NCBI GenBank assembly: GCA_049513055.1
Contig: JBEKWN010000006.1
Location: 160-64,159 of the forward strand
Length of the DNA stretch: 64,000 nt
DNA from: Thermodesulfobacteriota bacterium
Lineage (GTDB): Bacteria; Desulfobacterota; BSN033; UBA1163
Direction of reading: 5' to 3'
In this document: positions 8,478-18,537 of the stretch, one piece after another
Layout of the letters: every line of letters starts with the position of its first letter
Position numbering within the stretch: the first letter of the stretch is position 1
Notes under the pieces: model-generated
Databases searched by the model: none
What the model was told of the DNA's origin: nothing
The model's input: the letters and a program-made list of their open reading frames with translations, nothing else
Program-made: the position numbers and the translations under genes

Positions 8478-9050
8478 TCAACGGATATAAGTCGTCTTTT
8501 CTTTCACCTCTTTTCGGTGAACGGGAGTAGGGGGACTCCCTGGCTTTCCAATGCAGATCAGCGCCAGAGGTGTTTTCTCAGGAGCCATGGCAAGTATTTC
8601 TCTCATGGCTTTCTTATCAAATAAAGTGAACCACAAGCTGCTAAGACCTAACGCATAGGCGGCAAGATGCATATTTTGGATGGCGGCTGCGCAGGCTGCT
8701 TGATAGCCCATCGGGCCTTCTTCCGTAAACATGTCGACTCCAGTCTTCTTAGGATCTCCGATCACAGCGATGATCACAGGGGCCAATCTCAAAAAGTCGA
8801 GCTGGTAGGATCCCAACCACTTCCAACCGCTTTTTTCAAGGGCCCACTTTCGACATCTTTCCCCTTCAGAAAAGATCTTTTCTTTTAATTCCTTATTGGT
8901 GACGACAACGAATTCCCAGGGCTGGCTGTTGAGTGGAGATGGTGCCCAAGTGGCCGCCTCGAGAATCTTTTCAATGGTGGCCTCCTCTAATTGATCTGGG
9001 AGAAAATTCCTGCAGCTTCGCCTTTCTTTCATTGCTGTAAAAAGATCCAT
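8478..9050 (-). CDS. Nitroreductase family protein
   Basis: RRSCRNF...WAPSPLNSQPWEFVVV motif. Confidence 0.8.
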   Translation of the reverse strand: MDLFTAMKERRSCRNFLPDQLEEATIEKILEAATWAPSPLNSQPWEFVVVTNKELKEKIFSEGERCRKWALEKSGWKWLGSYQLDFLRLAPVIIAVIGDPKKTGVDMFTEEGPMGYQAACAAAIQNMHLAAYALGLSSLWFTLFDKKAMREILAMAPEKTPLALICIGKPGSPPTPVHRKEVKEKTTYIR

Positions 9051-9251
9051 CTCCCTCCTCCTTTCTGAGAAAGAAAAATTTATAAAGGTTGATCTTAACC
9101 CACCTCACAATGACAAATAAATATTATCCCTTCTCCAGATCCCTTGTCAAAATAAATCCAAATTTTCAGAAGGAGGTGCTTGAAAATGGTTAAGCGACTT
9201 GGTAAAATTTTGTTGAACAAGGAAATATCTTTAGGAAAGGGAGGGTGGCCT

Positions 9252-10880
9252 ATGAAAAAGCTTTTAAAGATAGCCATCGTGGTGGTAGGGGTCCTGGTCC
9301 TTTTATTCATTGGACTTACACTTTTTGTCAAGAGTTATCTCTCCAGCGATCGTCTCAAACCGATCATCCTTCCAAAGGCTGAAGCCGTGACAGGGAGAAA
9401 GGTCCAATTAGATGAGATCAACGTTTCTCTCTTTAAAGGAATTGTAGCAAAAGGATTGAGCGTCAAGGAAAAGGACGGACAGAAAGATTTCCTGAAGATA
9501 GGGAGGTTTGTCCTCTCCTACCGCCTTTTACCCCTTCTGAAGAGACAACTCGTCATCAGCAAGATCGAAATTGTTTCTCCCTCGCTTTCCATCAAGAAGG
9601 AGAGGGAAAGAAGATATAACTTCAGCGACATCACGGAAAAGCGCTCCCAGGAACCCCAAAAGCCCTCTCGGCCCGAACGTCAAGCGCTTCCTGTCTCCAT
9701 CATTGCAGATCGGTTGTTTATCCGAAATGCCAGTTTGACGTTTGTCGATGAAGAGAAAGCATTACCCGATGTCTCCATTACTTTAGATGCAGAGTTTAGG
9801 GGATCAGTGGAAAAGGATGGTACCCCGCGTATGGATTTCGGGCTCATCTCCCTTAAGGAAATCAAAGCTAAGCTTAAGGATAAGGAAATTAAGGTTTCAG
9901 GTAAGATCGACATGGATGCGAAGGCCCTCCGAGCCAATCTTCAGGCCATGATCGGAAAGGATAACATTGAACTCTCTGCAACGGTCAAAGATTACCGTTC
10001 GGCACCCGATATCGTCGCCAATATCCACGCCAAAACGCTCGACCTTCATCAGCTGATGGGTTTAAGCGGTGGAAAGAAAGTGCAGGGAGATCATCCTCAA
10101 CGGAAGGAGGAAAAAGCAGAACCCTCTGAAGGGGGCATGATGCAGAAACTCAAAGCTTCAGGGGAGATCGTGGTGGATAAAGCCAGATATCAAGATTACA
10201 CCCTGAAAGATGTCCGCATCCATTACCAGTATGCAAAAGGGATGGTGAGGGTCGATCCTCTTGGACTACAGTTTTCTGGAGAAGGGTCCTTCACGGCCGA
10301 GGGATCTCTGAATGGGAACCTTCAGTTTGCCATAGAGGAGACATCTACTATTCAAAAGACTTTGAAAGGGACAGCCGTGGCAAAACTTGGGAGGGGGGAA
10401 ATCAAACAGTCTCAAATTTTTGATGCCGTTGCGCTGCTCACCGGCGTTCCTTCCTTGAAGAATCCTGGTTTTGACGAAGGCCTATTCAATTTTGAGGTGA
10501 AGGATGAAAGGGTATTTCTCGATGGCTGGATACGCTCCCCTCTTTTCAAGGTCAGTCCGAAGGGTGTGGTTGACTTTGAGAAGAGGCTGGATGTACCAAC
10601 AGAACTTAAGCTCTCGCCGAGCCTTACAGGAAACCTAAAGGGGAAGCTCGCTGCAATAAAACTCCTCGACGATGAGCAGGGGTGGAAAGTCATCCCCCTC
10701 AGGATCAAAGGCACGACGGAGAAGCCCAGTGTCAATCTTGATGAGGAAGCCTTAGGTAAACAATTAGGCCGTGGTTTGACAAAAGAGATCGAAAAGCGTC
10801 TCTTCGAACGAACGCCCAAGGAGTCAGGGAAACCCTCCAAGAAGTCAAAAGACATTTTGAAAGAACTCCTCGGAGAATAA
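9252..10880 (+). CDS. AsmA-like envelope biogenesis protein (N-terminal TM anchor, long periplasmic domain)
   Basis: MKKLLKIAIVVVGVLVLLFIGLTLF anchor then repetitive beta-rich domain; overall resemblance to AsmA family; start chosen at second in-frame ATG. Confidence 0.5.
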   Translation: MKKLLKIAIVVVGVLVLLFIGLTLFVKSYLSSDRLKPIILPKAEAVTGRKVQLDEINVSLFKGIVAKGLSVKEKDGQKDFLKIGRFVLSYRLLPLLKRQLVISKIEIVSPSLSIKKERERRYNFSDITEKRSQEPQKPSRPERQALPVSIIADRLFIRNASLTFVDEEKALPDVSITLDAEFRGSVEKDGTPRMDFGLISLKEIKAKLKDKEIKVSGKIDMDAKALRANLQAMIGKDNIELSATVKDYRSAPDIVANIHAKTLDLHQLMGLSGGKKVQGDHPQRKEEKAEPSEGGMMQKLKASGEIVVDKARYQDYTLKDVRIHYQYAKGMVRVDPLGLQFSGEGSFTAEGSLNGNLQFAIEETSTIQKTLKGTAVAKLGRGEIKQSQIFDAVALLTGVPSLKNPGFDEGLFNFEVKDERVFLDGWIRSPLFKVSPKGVVDFEKRLDVPTELKLSPSLTGNLKGKLAAIKLLDDEQGWKVIPLRIKGTTEKPSVNLDEEALGKQLGRGLTKEIEKRLFERTPKESGKPSKKSKDILKELLGE

Positions 10881-10947
10881 AAGCTAAATTGTCCGGAACG
10901 ATACTTAATCTGACAGAGGGTGCCAAACCACCTTTTGGCTGTTACAC

Positions 10948-12600
10948 CTACTTATCTTCAATAGAAAGTTGCTCTTGGAGTTGATGTTTACTGGTAGAAA
11001 TGTGCATGATCAAAAGGGGGAAAATATTGTCCCGCCTCCTTTCTGCAATCCCATGGAAACAAAAAGGAGGTATCCGCGGGCGAAGGGAACCTGGGCTTCG
11101 ATCTGACGCTACGGTCTGGTTGGGATTATCGGCAAGCCGGTCGATTAGCGCTGCCAATGTTCTCACTTTCTGCGCCGTCCGGTTCCGGTAGAAACTAACC
11201 TCTCCTTGGGGGCCATCCAGTGGGAACCCATCATGTGGCTGATAGACGATGATCTCGCGGTTGCCTACTAAGCTGAGGGCCTCCACCATGGGTAGATGTA
11301 TACTGCTTCTCGCGACATCAGCTTCTTTCATTGGTCCAGTAAACCAGAGGCTCCATCCCAGAGCAAAGAGGACAGCAATACAGGTAGAAGTCCAACGAAG
11401 ATCGTTTCGTCGGATTGAGAGTACGCAACCCGCGACGGCGAGCACAAAAACAGCACCGGCTGTTGCTACGGAAAGAGCTGATCCTCCCCGGATACCAGTC
11501 ACCCCCACCATACCGCCGGCGATAAGGATAGCCGCCGTTGTTATGATCCAGGTAAGAATCTTGACACCACGTCCCGAAGACATCCATCCTTTCGCGATGC
11601 TCCAGGCAACAAGCATGGCCAGCACCGGGTGTACAGGAAGAAAATAAACCGAATCCTTGGCCAAAGAGGTCGAAAGAAGTACTAAAGGGCCAATAAAGAA
11701 GGCGAGAAAGAAGATCCCAGCTCGATTCTGCCATTCTTTCCGAGTCTTCCAGGCCATCCAGATCGCCAATGGGAGCAAGACCGACCCTGGCGCAAATGCC
11801 GGCCAGATGTTGAGGAGGTAGTAGTAGATAGCCCGTGTGTGGCTCAGGTATCCGAGGAAGCGGCCGATATGGTTCACGATGAAGAATTCCTGAATAAGGT
11901 TAGACGAAGCTTGTAAAAGGAACGGGAAGACCCAACTCAGAACTGGAACCAGAAAAGCAATGACAGGAAACGGCCTTAAAATCTGCCGAAGCTCACCGAA
12001 CCGCCTGCTCAGGATAAGATAGAGAAGGAATCCTGAACCGAAGATGGCGGGGCCGACGAACCCCTTGAAGAGGAAGCTCACCCCGAGTGAAAAACCCGCT
12101 GCAGCATAGGCACGGCGTTTTTTGCATACGTCAGTGTTTTCGAGAGCGATCCAGGTGAAGAGGACAGTAAAGGCAACCCCAGCGGTCAGGGCATTGTCAA
12201 GAAGGACGTTGTGCGCGGTTCGGCAGAACCGCATGGAGAAAGACAGAATGGCCGCCGCCAGAGAACCTCCTTCGACCCCTAAGATACGCCACCCAAGAAG
12301 GAACACAGCAGTGAGGGACGCGAGAGCGAAGGCCGCCGCGGTAAGACGTGCGGCTGCGGCACTCGGCTTGCCAACGATTCGGTACGCTGTGGCTACTACG
12401 GCTGGGAAGCCAGGTGGCTTCTCAACAAATGGGAGCCCCCCGAGGTGAGGCACGATGTAATTGCCTCCTTCGTACATCTCCCGGGCAACCTCCACCTCAC
12501 GAAGGTCATCCGGAGGCAGAAGCTCACGACCTATCTGTCCAATGAGAATAACGATCGCACTCGCCAGAAGGAGAAAGGTTACACGGATTCGCATATCCAC
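10948..12600 (-). CDS. GT-C fold glycosyltransferase, ArnT/PMT_2 (GT39/GT83)-like, compositionally atypical (GC-rich)
   Basis: DDLREVEVAREMYEGGNYIVPHLGGLPFVEKPP signature (DExRYA...EKPPL), multi-TM; Ala-rich; local GC well above neighbours; AT-rich C-terminal tail looks like read-through. Confidence 0.75.
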   Translation of the reverse strand: MDMRIRVTFLLLASAIVILIGQIGRELLPPDDLREVEVAREMYEGGNYIVPHLGGLPFVEKPPGFPAVVATAYRIVGKPSAAAARLTAAAFALASLTAVFLLGWRILGVEGGSLAAAILSFSMRFCRTAHNVLLDNALTAGVAFTVLFTWIALENTDVCKKRRAYAAAGFSLGVSFLFKGFVGPAIFGSGFLLYLILSRRFGELRQILRPFPVIAFLVPVLSWVFPFLLQASSNLIQEFFIVNHIGRFLGYLSHTRAIYYYLLNIWPAFAPGSVLLPLAIWMAWKTRKEWQNRAGIFFLAFFIGPLVLLSTSLAKDSVYFLPVHPVLAMLVAWSIAKGWMSSGRGVKILTWIITTAAILIAGGMVGVTGIRGGSALSVATAGAVFVLAVAGCVLSIRRNDLRWTSTCIAVLFALGWSLWFTGPMKEADVARSSIHLPMVEALSLVGNREIIVYQPHDGFPLDGPQGEVSFYRNRTAQKVRTLAALIDRLADNPNQTVASDRSPGSLRPRIPPFCFHGIAERRRDNIFPLLIMHISTSKHQLQEQLSIEDK

Positions 12601-13290
12601 CCTTCCTTTTGTTCAAAAAATTCACCTTTTGCTTTAATAATTGGTCATGTGTGTGAGAACGCTGCCATCAGGAGAACTGGAATTATTATTACAAATAGTC
12701 TGCGAAAGGGCAATGAGGCATTAAGAATTCTATACGTCTTTGGTGAGTACTTTTTTGGCTTCTTTTCCTGCATTATATTCATTGACGGCCTTCTATCGAT
12801 ATATACGATCCATAGATCAGCAAATCTCTCTTTGTAAATAAGTAAGTAATTTTCGAAAAGAAAGATCAAATGGACATTAAATTTTGACGAAGATTTTCTA
12901 ACCTTGAGAAATAGAATTTTAGGTTTTTAAAGAGGGCAATTACGTGGTGAAGTTTGAATCTTGACTCAACTCAGCAAACTTCAATTCTTCCATATCGATG
13001 GGATCCAATTTTTCCTATCGTAGGGTCAAGGAATGGTGAATTACCTTAGTTTTACCTTGGCTGTATTCGGCGGTTCCATTTTCGTGCCCGTTTAGGTTCG
13101 CCATAGCACTTCTCCATTCCCTGACACATAGTTAGGAGATTATTGATTATTAGTTGAAATCTACACTTCTAATTGAGAGCTGTTAGACCTCGATTACAGG
13201 AAGGAAGTGTTACCGGACTTGACAGTGTCTGTAAGATCAAACTCCGACTTTCACATCTAAATTTTGTTGAATCTCTTGCTTCATAAAAAA

Positions 13291-13320
13291 AGCCCAGGCC
13301 ATCTTGGGTTTTTTCTTCAG
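13291..13320 (+). terminator. Intrinsic terminator (AGCCCAGG-CCAT-CTTGGGTT + TTTTTCTTC), better formed on plus strand (two G-U pairs)
   Basis: Direct reading; on the minus strand the same pairs become A-C mismatches. Confidence 0.5.
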
Positions 13321-13384
13321 GCGACGAAATCTAAATGGTGAGACCTGACTCTTGACCGTAGAGTCGTCTCGTTTTCCCAATATC

Positions 13385-13966
13385 CTACCTTACCAATTTG
13401 GTAAACTTGGCGCCTTCAACCGTGACGTTTGCCATCAAACCCTTCTGACCGAACATGAATGCCACAATAGGGTCCTTGATGTTCACAGTGTCCAGGGATT
13501 TCTCCTTTCCAACATCGATGAAGGCCACTGACCCATCTACTCCTGCCTTCCAGCCAGAACTCCTCAGGAAATTTTTAAGAGCCTCTTCTTGCATGAATAC
13601 AAGGACTAAGTTTGTCTTCTGAGCGCCAATCTGAAATCCGACCGAACCGGCTGCGATGCTATAATATTTGACCGTCTTTCCTCCAATCCTCATGGCACCC
13701 TCACCATACTCGCCTCCCACGCCAAGTCCTGCCTTCGCAATGTTCGGGATGACGAGCACACCCTTTGCGGCATTGAGGAACTCTTTTCCACCTTTTACGT
13801 GCTGGGAGAAAAGCTTCAGAGCCGCATTGACCTCCGAGTTAATCTCTTTGGCCGTTTTAGCATAGGAAGTTGTGGCATAAAAGACTCCTGTGACAAGTGT
13901 GAAGCATGCGACGAAAACTAAAACCGTGGAAACTCTTTTACTCATTTGCATTAATGGTTTTTTCAT
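13385..13966 (-). CDS. SYLF (Ysc84-like, DUF500) domain protein with signal peptide
   Basis: 193 aa; signal peptide; G-rich beta pattern GLGVGGEYGEG...GSVGFQIGAQ typical of SYLF. Confidence 0.6.
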   Translation of the reverse strand: MKKPLMQMSKRVSTVLVFVACFTLVTGVFYATTSYAKTAKEINSEVNAALKLFSQHVKGGKEFLNAAKGVLVIPNIAKAGLGVGGEYGEGAMRIGGKTVKYYSIAAGSVGFQIGAQKTNLVLVFMQEEALKNFLRSSGWKAGVDGSVAFIDVGKEKSLDTVNIKDPIVAFMFGQKGLMANVTVEGAKFTKLVR

Positions 13967-14227
13967 AGGATTCCCCTCCTTTTTTAGAGATTTATTTTAT
14001 AGTAAACTCCTTTTTTAGCGCCCCCGATCTTATCAGAGACAGAATAGACACCAATGGGAGCTTTTATTAAAAATATAGTTATCTATAGGGGGAAGTCAAG
14101 GAGAAGAGGCCATTAATGGCATCTATCAAGATTGTAGATGGGATCTTATAGGATGAATCTTTGGACAAATTCCTGCCCAGTCAGAGGCGTGAAGGTTAAA
14201 TAAAAGATTGGGCACGCCCCTATTTTT

Positions 14228-15022
14228 CTAATTACTTTTTTTGATTCGATCCGTCTTCTCAATAAATTGTTGAAGGGATTTAAAATAGTCCACGAAGCCA
14301 ACGATCATGATGTCATTATGGGTAGCTGAGGGGATGACGAGGAGTTCCTTTTCCTGCCCCCCAAGATTCTGATAGATATCTTTCGCATTTTCGAGAGGAA
14401 CGAGGCTATCCTGTTCACCATGAATGATCAGGGCAGGGATGAATATCTTTTTGATCCTCTCCAGACATTCCTGATCAATCTTTTCGAGACCCATAACCTG
14501 AGTGGGGATTCCAAGATGAAACATGATCCTCACCACACTGGGGAAACCACTTTCAATGATGAGCCCTTTCATCTCTCCTTGATGGTGATAGGCTAACTCC
14601 AGGGCAGAAATACTTCCCAGAGACCTTCCCATCACCCACAGGTCTTTTCGTAGATTTCTTCTGGAGAGCTCTTCTCTGACCTCTTTAAAGATGACATGGG
14701 CATCCTGAATAAGATCGGTGAGGGTAGGGGTCCCGCTACTGGCTCCATAACCCCTGTAATCGGCCACGACTAAGTTAATTTTCTTTTGATGGTAAAAAGG
14801 AGACATCTCATCATAGTCGCTTACCACCTCACCATTGCCATGGAAAAATAGAATCCATGGCCATTCGTGATGCCCCATGTAAAAGCGGCAAGAGATGGAG
14901 ACGCCGTCCCCCACCCATACGGAGAGGTCGAAGGCATTTCCAGGGCATGGGGTGAATTCCTCACGAGGATAAAAAATAGATTGTAATAGAAAGGGTTGGT
15001 CGATAAGAGAATAATCAATCAT
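14228..15022 (-). CDS. Alpha/beta hydrolase
   Basis: HG-NGE oxyanion region, nucleophile elbow GRSLGS, 264 aa. Confidence 0.8.
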   Translation of the reverse strand: MIDYSLIDQPFLLQSIFYPREEFTPCPGNAFDLSVWVGDGVSISCRFYMGHHEWPWILFFHGNGEVVSDYDEMSPFYHQKKINLVVADYRGYGASSGTPTLTDLIQDAHVIFKEVREELSRRNLRKDLWVMGRSLGSISALELAYHHQGEMKGLIIESGFPSVVRIMFHLGIPTQVMGLEKIDQECLERIKKIFIPALIIHGEQDSLVPLENAKDIYQNLGGQEKELLVIPSATHNDIMIVGFVDYFKSLQQFIEKTDRIKKSN

Positions 15023-15096
15023 TACTTTATCACTCCTTTTTCAGGGGAATGGCTATCTGATCGAATTTACCTGCAAACCTTCGAAAAATTCACTTT

Positions 15097-15432
15097 TTAG
15101 TGGCGCCCCACCTCTGAGTGGCCTCCTGCAATGATGTATATGGCGTCAGATTCCCCTTGGTTTTCAAAAAAACATTCTTGGTCCCCTTCAAGGTGAAGAG
15201 CAAAACCTTCTTTCAAATCTCCTGAATAAAAGCCTGTCACCTCCAGATCCCCTTTCATCGCCAGGAAAATTTCCTCGTGTCCTGGGCCCGGTTTCACGGA
15301 CCTTGCTTTTTCTTTTGACTTCAGGATGCCATAAATCATATAGCAAGCATGACTGTTAGTCTCCTGAACGCCGAGTAAAAATTCTCCTCTTTTCGAATGG
15401 ATTGCCTTGTTTTTAACATCAAATATCCTCAT
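15097..15432 (-). CDS. Cupin domain protein
   Basis: 111 aa with G.G.HEE...G motif pattern of cupins. Confidence 0.55.
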   Translation of the reverse strand: MRIFDVKNKAIHSKRGEFLLGVQETNSHACYMIYGILKSKEKARSVKPGPGHEEIFLAMKGDLEVTGFYSGDLKEGFALHLEGDQECFFENQGESDAIYIIAGGHSEVGRH

Positions 15433-15630
15433 CCTGAATTGCTCCTTTTGATGATAGGGAGAATTTATTGTCCAAATCTAAAACCCGTTTCCCATCAGCG
15501 CCACCTCGATATTATAATCCCTTTCGTCGTTTGGCAATCCTTTTTAAAAAGAAGAGGCCGAAGCTAAGAAAATATAGGATTGCAAATTGAAGGAGAATGT
15601 ATCATTTTATATATTAAAAGGAGGGTCTCC

Positions 15631-16644
15631 ATGAAGAAGACAAGAAAAATTAAGAAAATATTAAAAAGTAAACCAACCCTTGAAGGAGCGGGTGTCCATT
15701 TAAAGAGGGCATTCGGATTTTACCAGGTCCCTTTGCTCGACCCCTTTCTCCTTCTCGATGATTTCCATTCTGATCATCCCGATGACTATATCAGAGGTTT
15801 TCCATGGCACCCTCATCGAGGGATCGAGACGATTACCTACGTGCTTTATGGCAAGGTTGAACATGGAGACAGTATGGGGAACAAGGGGATCACTTCTTCA
15901 GGAGATGTCCAATGGATGACGTCTGGGAGCGGGATCATTCACCAGGAAATGCCCAAAGGGCAGAAGGATGGATTGATGTGGGGCTTCCAGCTCTGGGCAA
16001 ATCTCCCAGCTTCTCATAAAATGATGGACCCCCGCTATCGGGATGTCAAAAGTAAACAAATCCCGGAAGTGACATTGGATCATGGGATAAAGGTAAAAAT
16101 TATTTGTGGGGAAGTAAACCCCGTTAGAAATTCCAGCGGGGCATTAAACCCTGACGGAATTATTCTAAAATCTAACCCCGCTGCAGAGCAGCGGGGCATT
16201 ATTTCTAACGGGGTAAACGGTGTGAAGGGTCCGGTGCAGGACATTGTTATCGATCCTGAGTATTTGGATATTACTGTTCCGTCAAAATCTAATTTTACAC
16301 GCCCTGTGAAAAGGGGCCATACAGTCTTCGCCTATGTGATAGAAGGGAAGGGATACTTTGATCCCGGACGGGACTCGTACGCTTATGAGGTGGAAGGGGC
16401 GAATTATTTCGATTTTAAGAGAGATTGCTTCATGGGTTCGGAGACTTTGATCCTATTCGATGATGGGGATGAAGTGGTGATTTCCACTGAGGAGAAACCG
16501 GTAAGATTTCTTCTCATATCAGGAAAACCCATTGGAGAACCAGTGGCCTGGTATGGGCCTATCGTGATGAACACCCAGGAGGAGTTGAGGATCGCCTTTG
16601 AAGAATATCAAAATGGAACTTTCATCAAATATAAAAAGAAGTAA
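15631..16644 (+). CDS. Pirin family protein carrying a 35-aa in-frame insert (16114-16218)
   Basis: HPHRGIETITYVLYG...DVQWMTSGSGIIHQE pirin motifs; start set at MKKTRK after GGAGGG RBS. Confidence 0.8.
   Translation: MKKTRKIKKILKSKPTLEGAGVHLKRAFGFYQVPLLDPFLLLDDFHSDHPDDYIRGFPWHPHRGIETITYVLYGKVEHGDSMGNKGITSSGDVQWMTSGSGIIHQEMPKGQKDGLMWGFQLWANLPASHKMMDPRYRDVKSKQIPEVTLDHGIKVKIICGEVNPVRNSSGALNPDGIILKSNPAAEQRGIISNGVNGVKGPVQDIVIDPEYLDITVPSKSNFTRPVKRGHTVFAYVIEGKGYFDPGRDSYAYEVEGANYFDFKRDCFMGSETLILFDDGDEVVISTEEKPVRFLLISGKPIGEPVAWYGPIVMNTQEELRIAFEEYQNGTFIKYKKK
16114..16218. repeat. 105-bp palindromic element (terminal inverted repeats gtaaaccccgttagaaat / atttctaacggggtaaac; internal cagcggggcatt x2 and aaccccgctg) inserted in-frame in the pirin gene
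   Basis: Direct reading; 105 = 35 codons, same frame as pirin, encodes VNPVRNSSGALNPDGIILKSNPAAEQRGIISNGVN between conserved pirin segments. Confidence 0.7.
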
Positions 16645-16659
16645 TCATCGGAAAGGAGT

Positions 16660-17247
16660 GTGACGATGGGAGAAAAAATACCAACACGCCAGGAAGCCTT
16701 AGAGCTTCTGCATCAATATAACGAAACCGATAGCTTGCGCAAACATGCCTATGCCGTCGAAGGGGTGATGCGTTATATTGCCAGAAAGCGTGGCGAGGAC
16801 GAAGAGAAGTGGGGAATCGTCGGGCTTATCCATGATCTCGATTATGAAAGGTTTCCCGACCAACACTGTTCTAAGACAGGGGAGATCCTACGAGAACAGG
16901 GGTGGCCAGAGGAATATATTCGGGGGGCTGTCTCTCACGGATGGGGGATATGCTCGGACGTCATGCCCCAGACAGATTTGGAAAAGGTCCTCTACGCCAT
17001 CGATGAGCTTACCGGACTCGTGGTGACCACAGCCTTAATTCGTCCCTCAAAAAGTGTCCTGGATGTTCGGGTGAAGTCGGTGAAGAACAAGTGGAAGGAT
17101 AAGAGGTTTGCAGCCGGCGTGGATCGGTCGATCATCGAAAAAGGGGCGGAGATGCTGGGAGTTGGATTGGATGAACTGATTGAGGATACGATCAAAGGGA
17201 TGCAGGAAGTCGCCGAAGCCATCGGACTTAAGGGCAATCCAGGATAA
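16660..17247 (+). CDS. HD domain phosphohydrolase
   Basis: HAYAVEGVMRYIA...GLIHDLDY HD motif. Confidence 0.75.
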   Translation: MTMGEKIPTRQEALELLHQYNETDSLRKHAYAVEGVMRYIARKRGEDEEKWGIVGLIHDLDYERFPDQHCSKTGEILREQGWPEEYIRGAVSHGWGICSDVMPQTDLEKVLYAIDELTGLVVTTALIRPSKSVLDVRVKSVKNKWKDKRFAAGVDRSIIEKGAEMLGVGLDELIEDTIKGMQEVAEAIGLKGNPG

Positions 17248-17358
17248 AGTTATCTCTGTCTGTCTCAATCCAGTTTTTGGGTAAAGTCAAGAATAAAGAT
17301 TGGGTCCCTATTTTCTCGATCACCCTATAAAATTTAGGCTTGGTTTCGAATACCAATT

Positions 17359-18462
17359 ATGCGCGTCATCCTCTTTATCAGTATTGTTCAATCGATCCTC
17401 TTTTTGGGACACTGGTTTTTATACAGAACCCTGGTACGATTTTTTGGAGTCACCCATCCCTCCAGGCTTTTAACCTTGAAAATTGGCCTGGCTTTATTAT
17501 CCGTGAGCCTTGTCCTGACCTCTTTTCTCGCCTTCCGTTATTCCAATCTTCTGGTGCGATGCCTTTACACGGCGGCGGCATCCTGGTTAGGAATTTTTTA
17601 CCTTTTCATTCTCGCGTCCATTCTTTGCTGGGTCTTCTACGGTTTGGCCAAATTATTTCACCTCCATTTGGATGGAAAAATATTGATCGAGATTTTGATC
17701 GGGATCGCCCTGATAGCAAGCCTGTATGGATTCATCAACGGAGGGGTGATTCGCATTACACGAATCAATCTTCGGCTTCCTAATTTACCGGGCCAATGGA
17801 AAGGCAAAACTGCTGTCTGGGTGAGTGACACACATTTAGGGCAGGTAAGAAATTATGGGTTTGCCCAGCATATCGCCACCCAGGTAAAGAACTTACATCC
17901 GGACATTGTTTTTATTGGCGGCGATCTCTACGATGGTCAGGCAGTCGATCTGGATAAGGTGATCGAACCTTTCTCGAGAATCTCCGCTCCTTATGGTATC
18001 TATTTTATCACCGGGAATCATGAAGAATTCTATGATAACACCCAGTACCTCCAGGCTGTTCGTCGTGCGGGGATACGGGTTTTATATAATGAAAAGGTTG
18101 TTCTGGATGGGTTGCAGATTATTGGAGTGGATTACAGGGATTCAAGAAGGGAAGAGCAGTTCAGAACGATTTTACAAAAGATGGGGATCGACCGTCATCA
18201 ACCCAGTATTTTGTTGAAGCATGCCCCTTTACAATTGCAGGTCGCCCAGGAAGAGGGAATTTCGCTCCAGCTTTCAGGTCACACTCACCAGGGCCAGGTT
18301 TTTCTTTTTCGATTCATCACCTCAAAGGTCTATCATGGGTATGACTATGGATTAAAATGGTTTGGCGATCTTTTAGTTTATACCTCCAGCGGGGCTGGCA
18401 CGTGGGGTCCTCCCATGCGCCTCGATACCCAGCCGGAGATTGTGGTGATCACGCTAATATAA
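17359..18462 (+). CDS. Membrane-anchored metallophosphoesterase (calcineurin-like)
   Basis: N-terminal TM helices, then VWVSDTHLG, GGDLYDG, GNHE motifs. Confidence 0.8.
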   Translation: MRVILFISIVQSILFLGHWFLYRTLVRFFGVTHPSRLLTLKIGLALLSVSLVLTSFLAFRYSNLLVRCLYTAAASWLGIFYLFILASILCWVFYGLAKLFHLHLDGKILIEILIGIALIASLYGFINGGVIRITRINLRLPNLPGQWKGKTAVWVSDTHLGQVRNYGFAQHIATQVKNLHPDIVFIGGDLYDGQAVDLDKVIEPFSRISAPYGIYFITGNHEEFYDNTQYLQAVRRAGIRVLYNEKVVLDGLQIIGVDYRDSRREEQFRTILQKMGIDRHQPSILLKHAPLQLQVAQEEGISLQLSGHTHQGQVFLFRFITSKVYHGYDYGLKWFGDLLVYTSSGAGTWGPPMRLDTQPEIVVITLI

Positions 18463-18537
18463 GGCATCCGGTTATCGAAAACCTCGGGTTTTAACTCATT
18501 GGCCTATAGTGTATAATTAATCTACAGTGGAGGGGAT

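Noticed and set aside
10412-10855. 147-aa minus-strand ORF
   Set aside because: Antisense to the AsmA-like gene; Ser/Pro-rich low-complexity
11249-12448. Several 100-140-aa ORFs (11249-11647 +, 11318-11734 -, 12122-12448 +)
   Set aside because: All inside the GC-rich GT-C gene; high GC depletes stop codons and produces spurious long frames
17340-17783. 147-aa plus-strand ORF
   Set aside because: Alternate frame overlapping the start of the metallophosphoesterase gene; no coding signal
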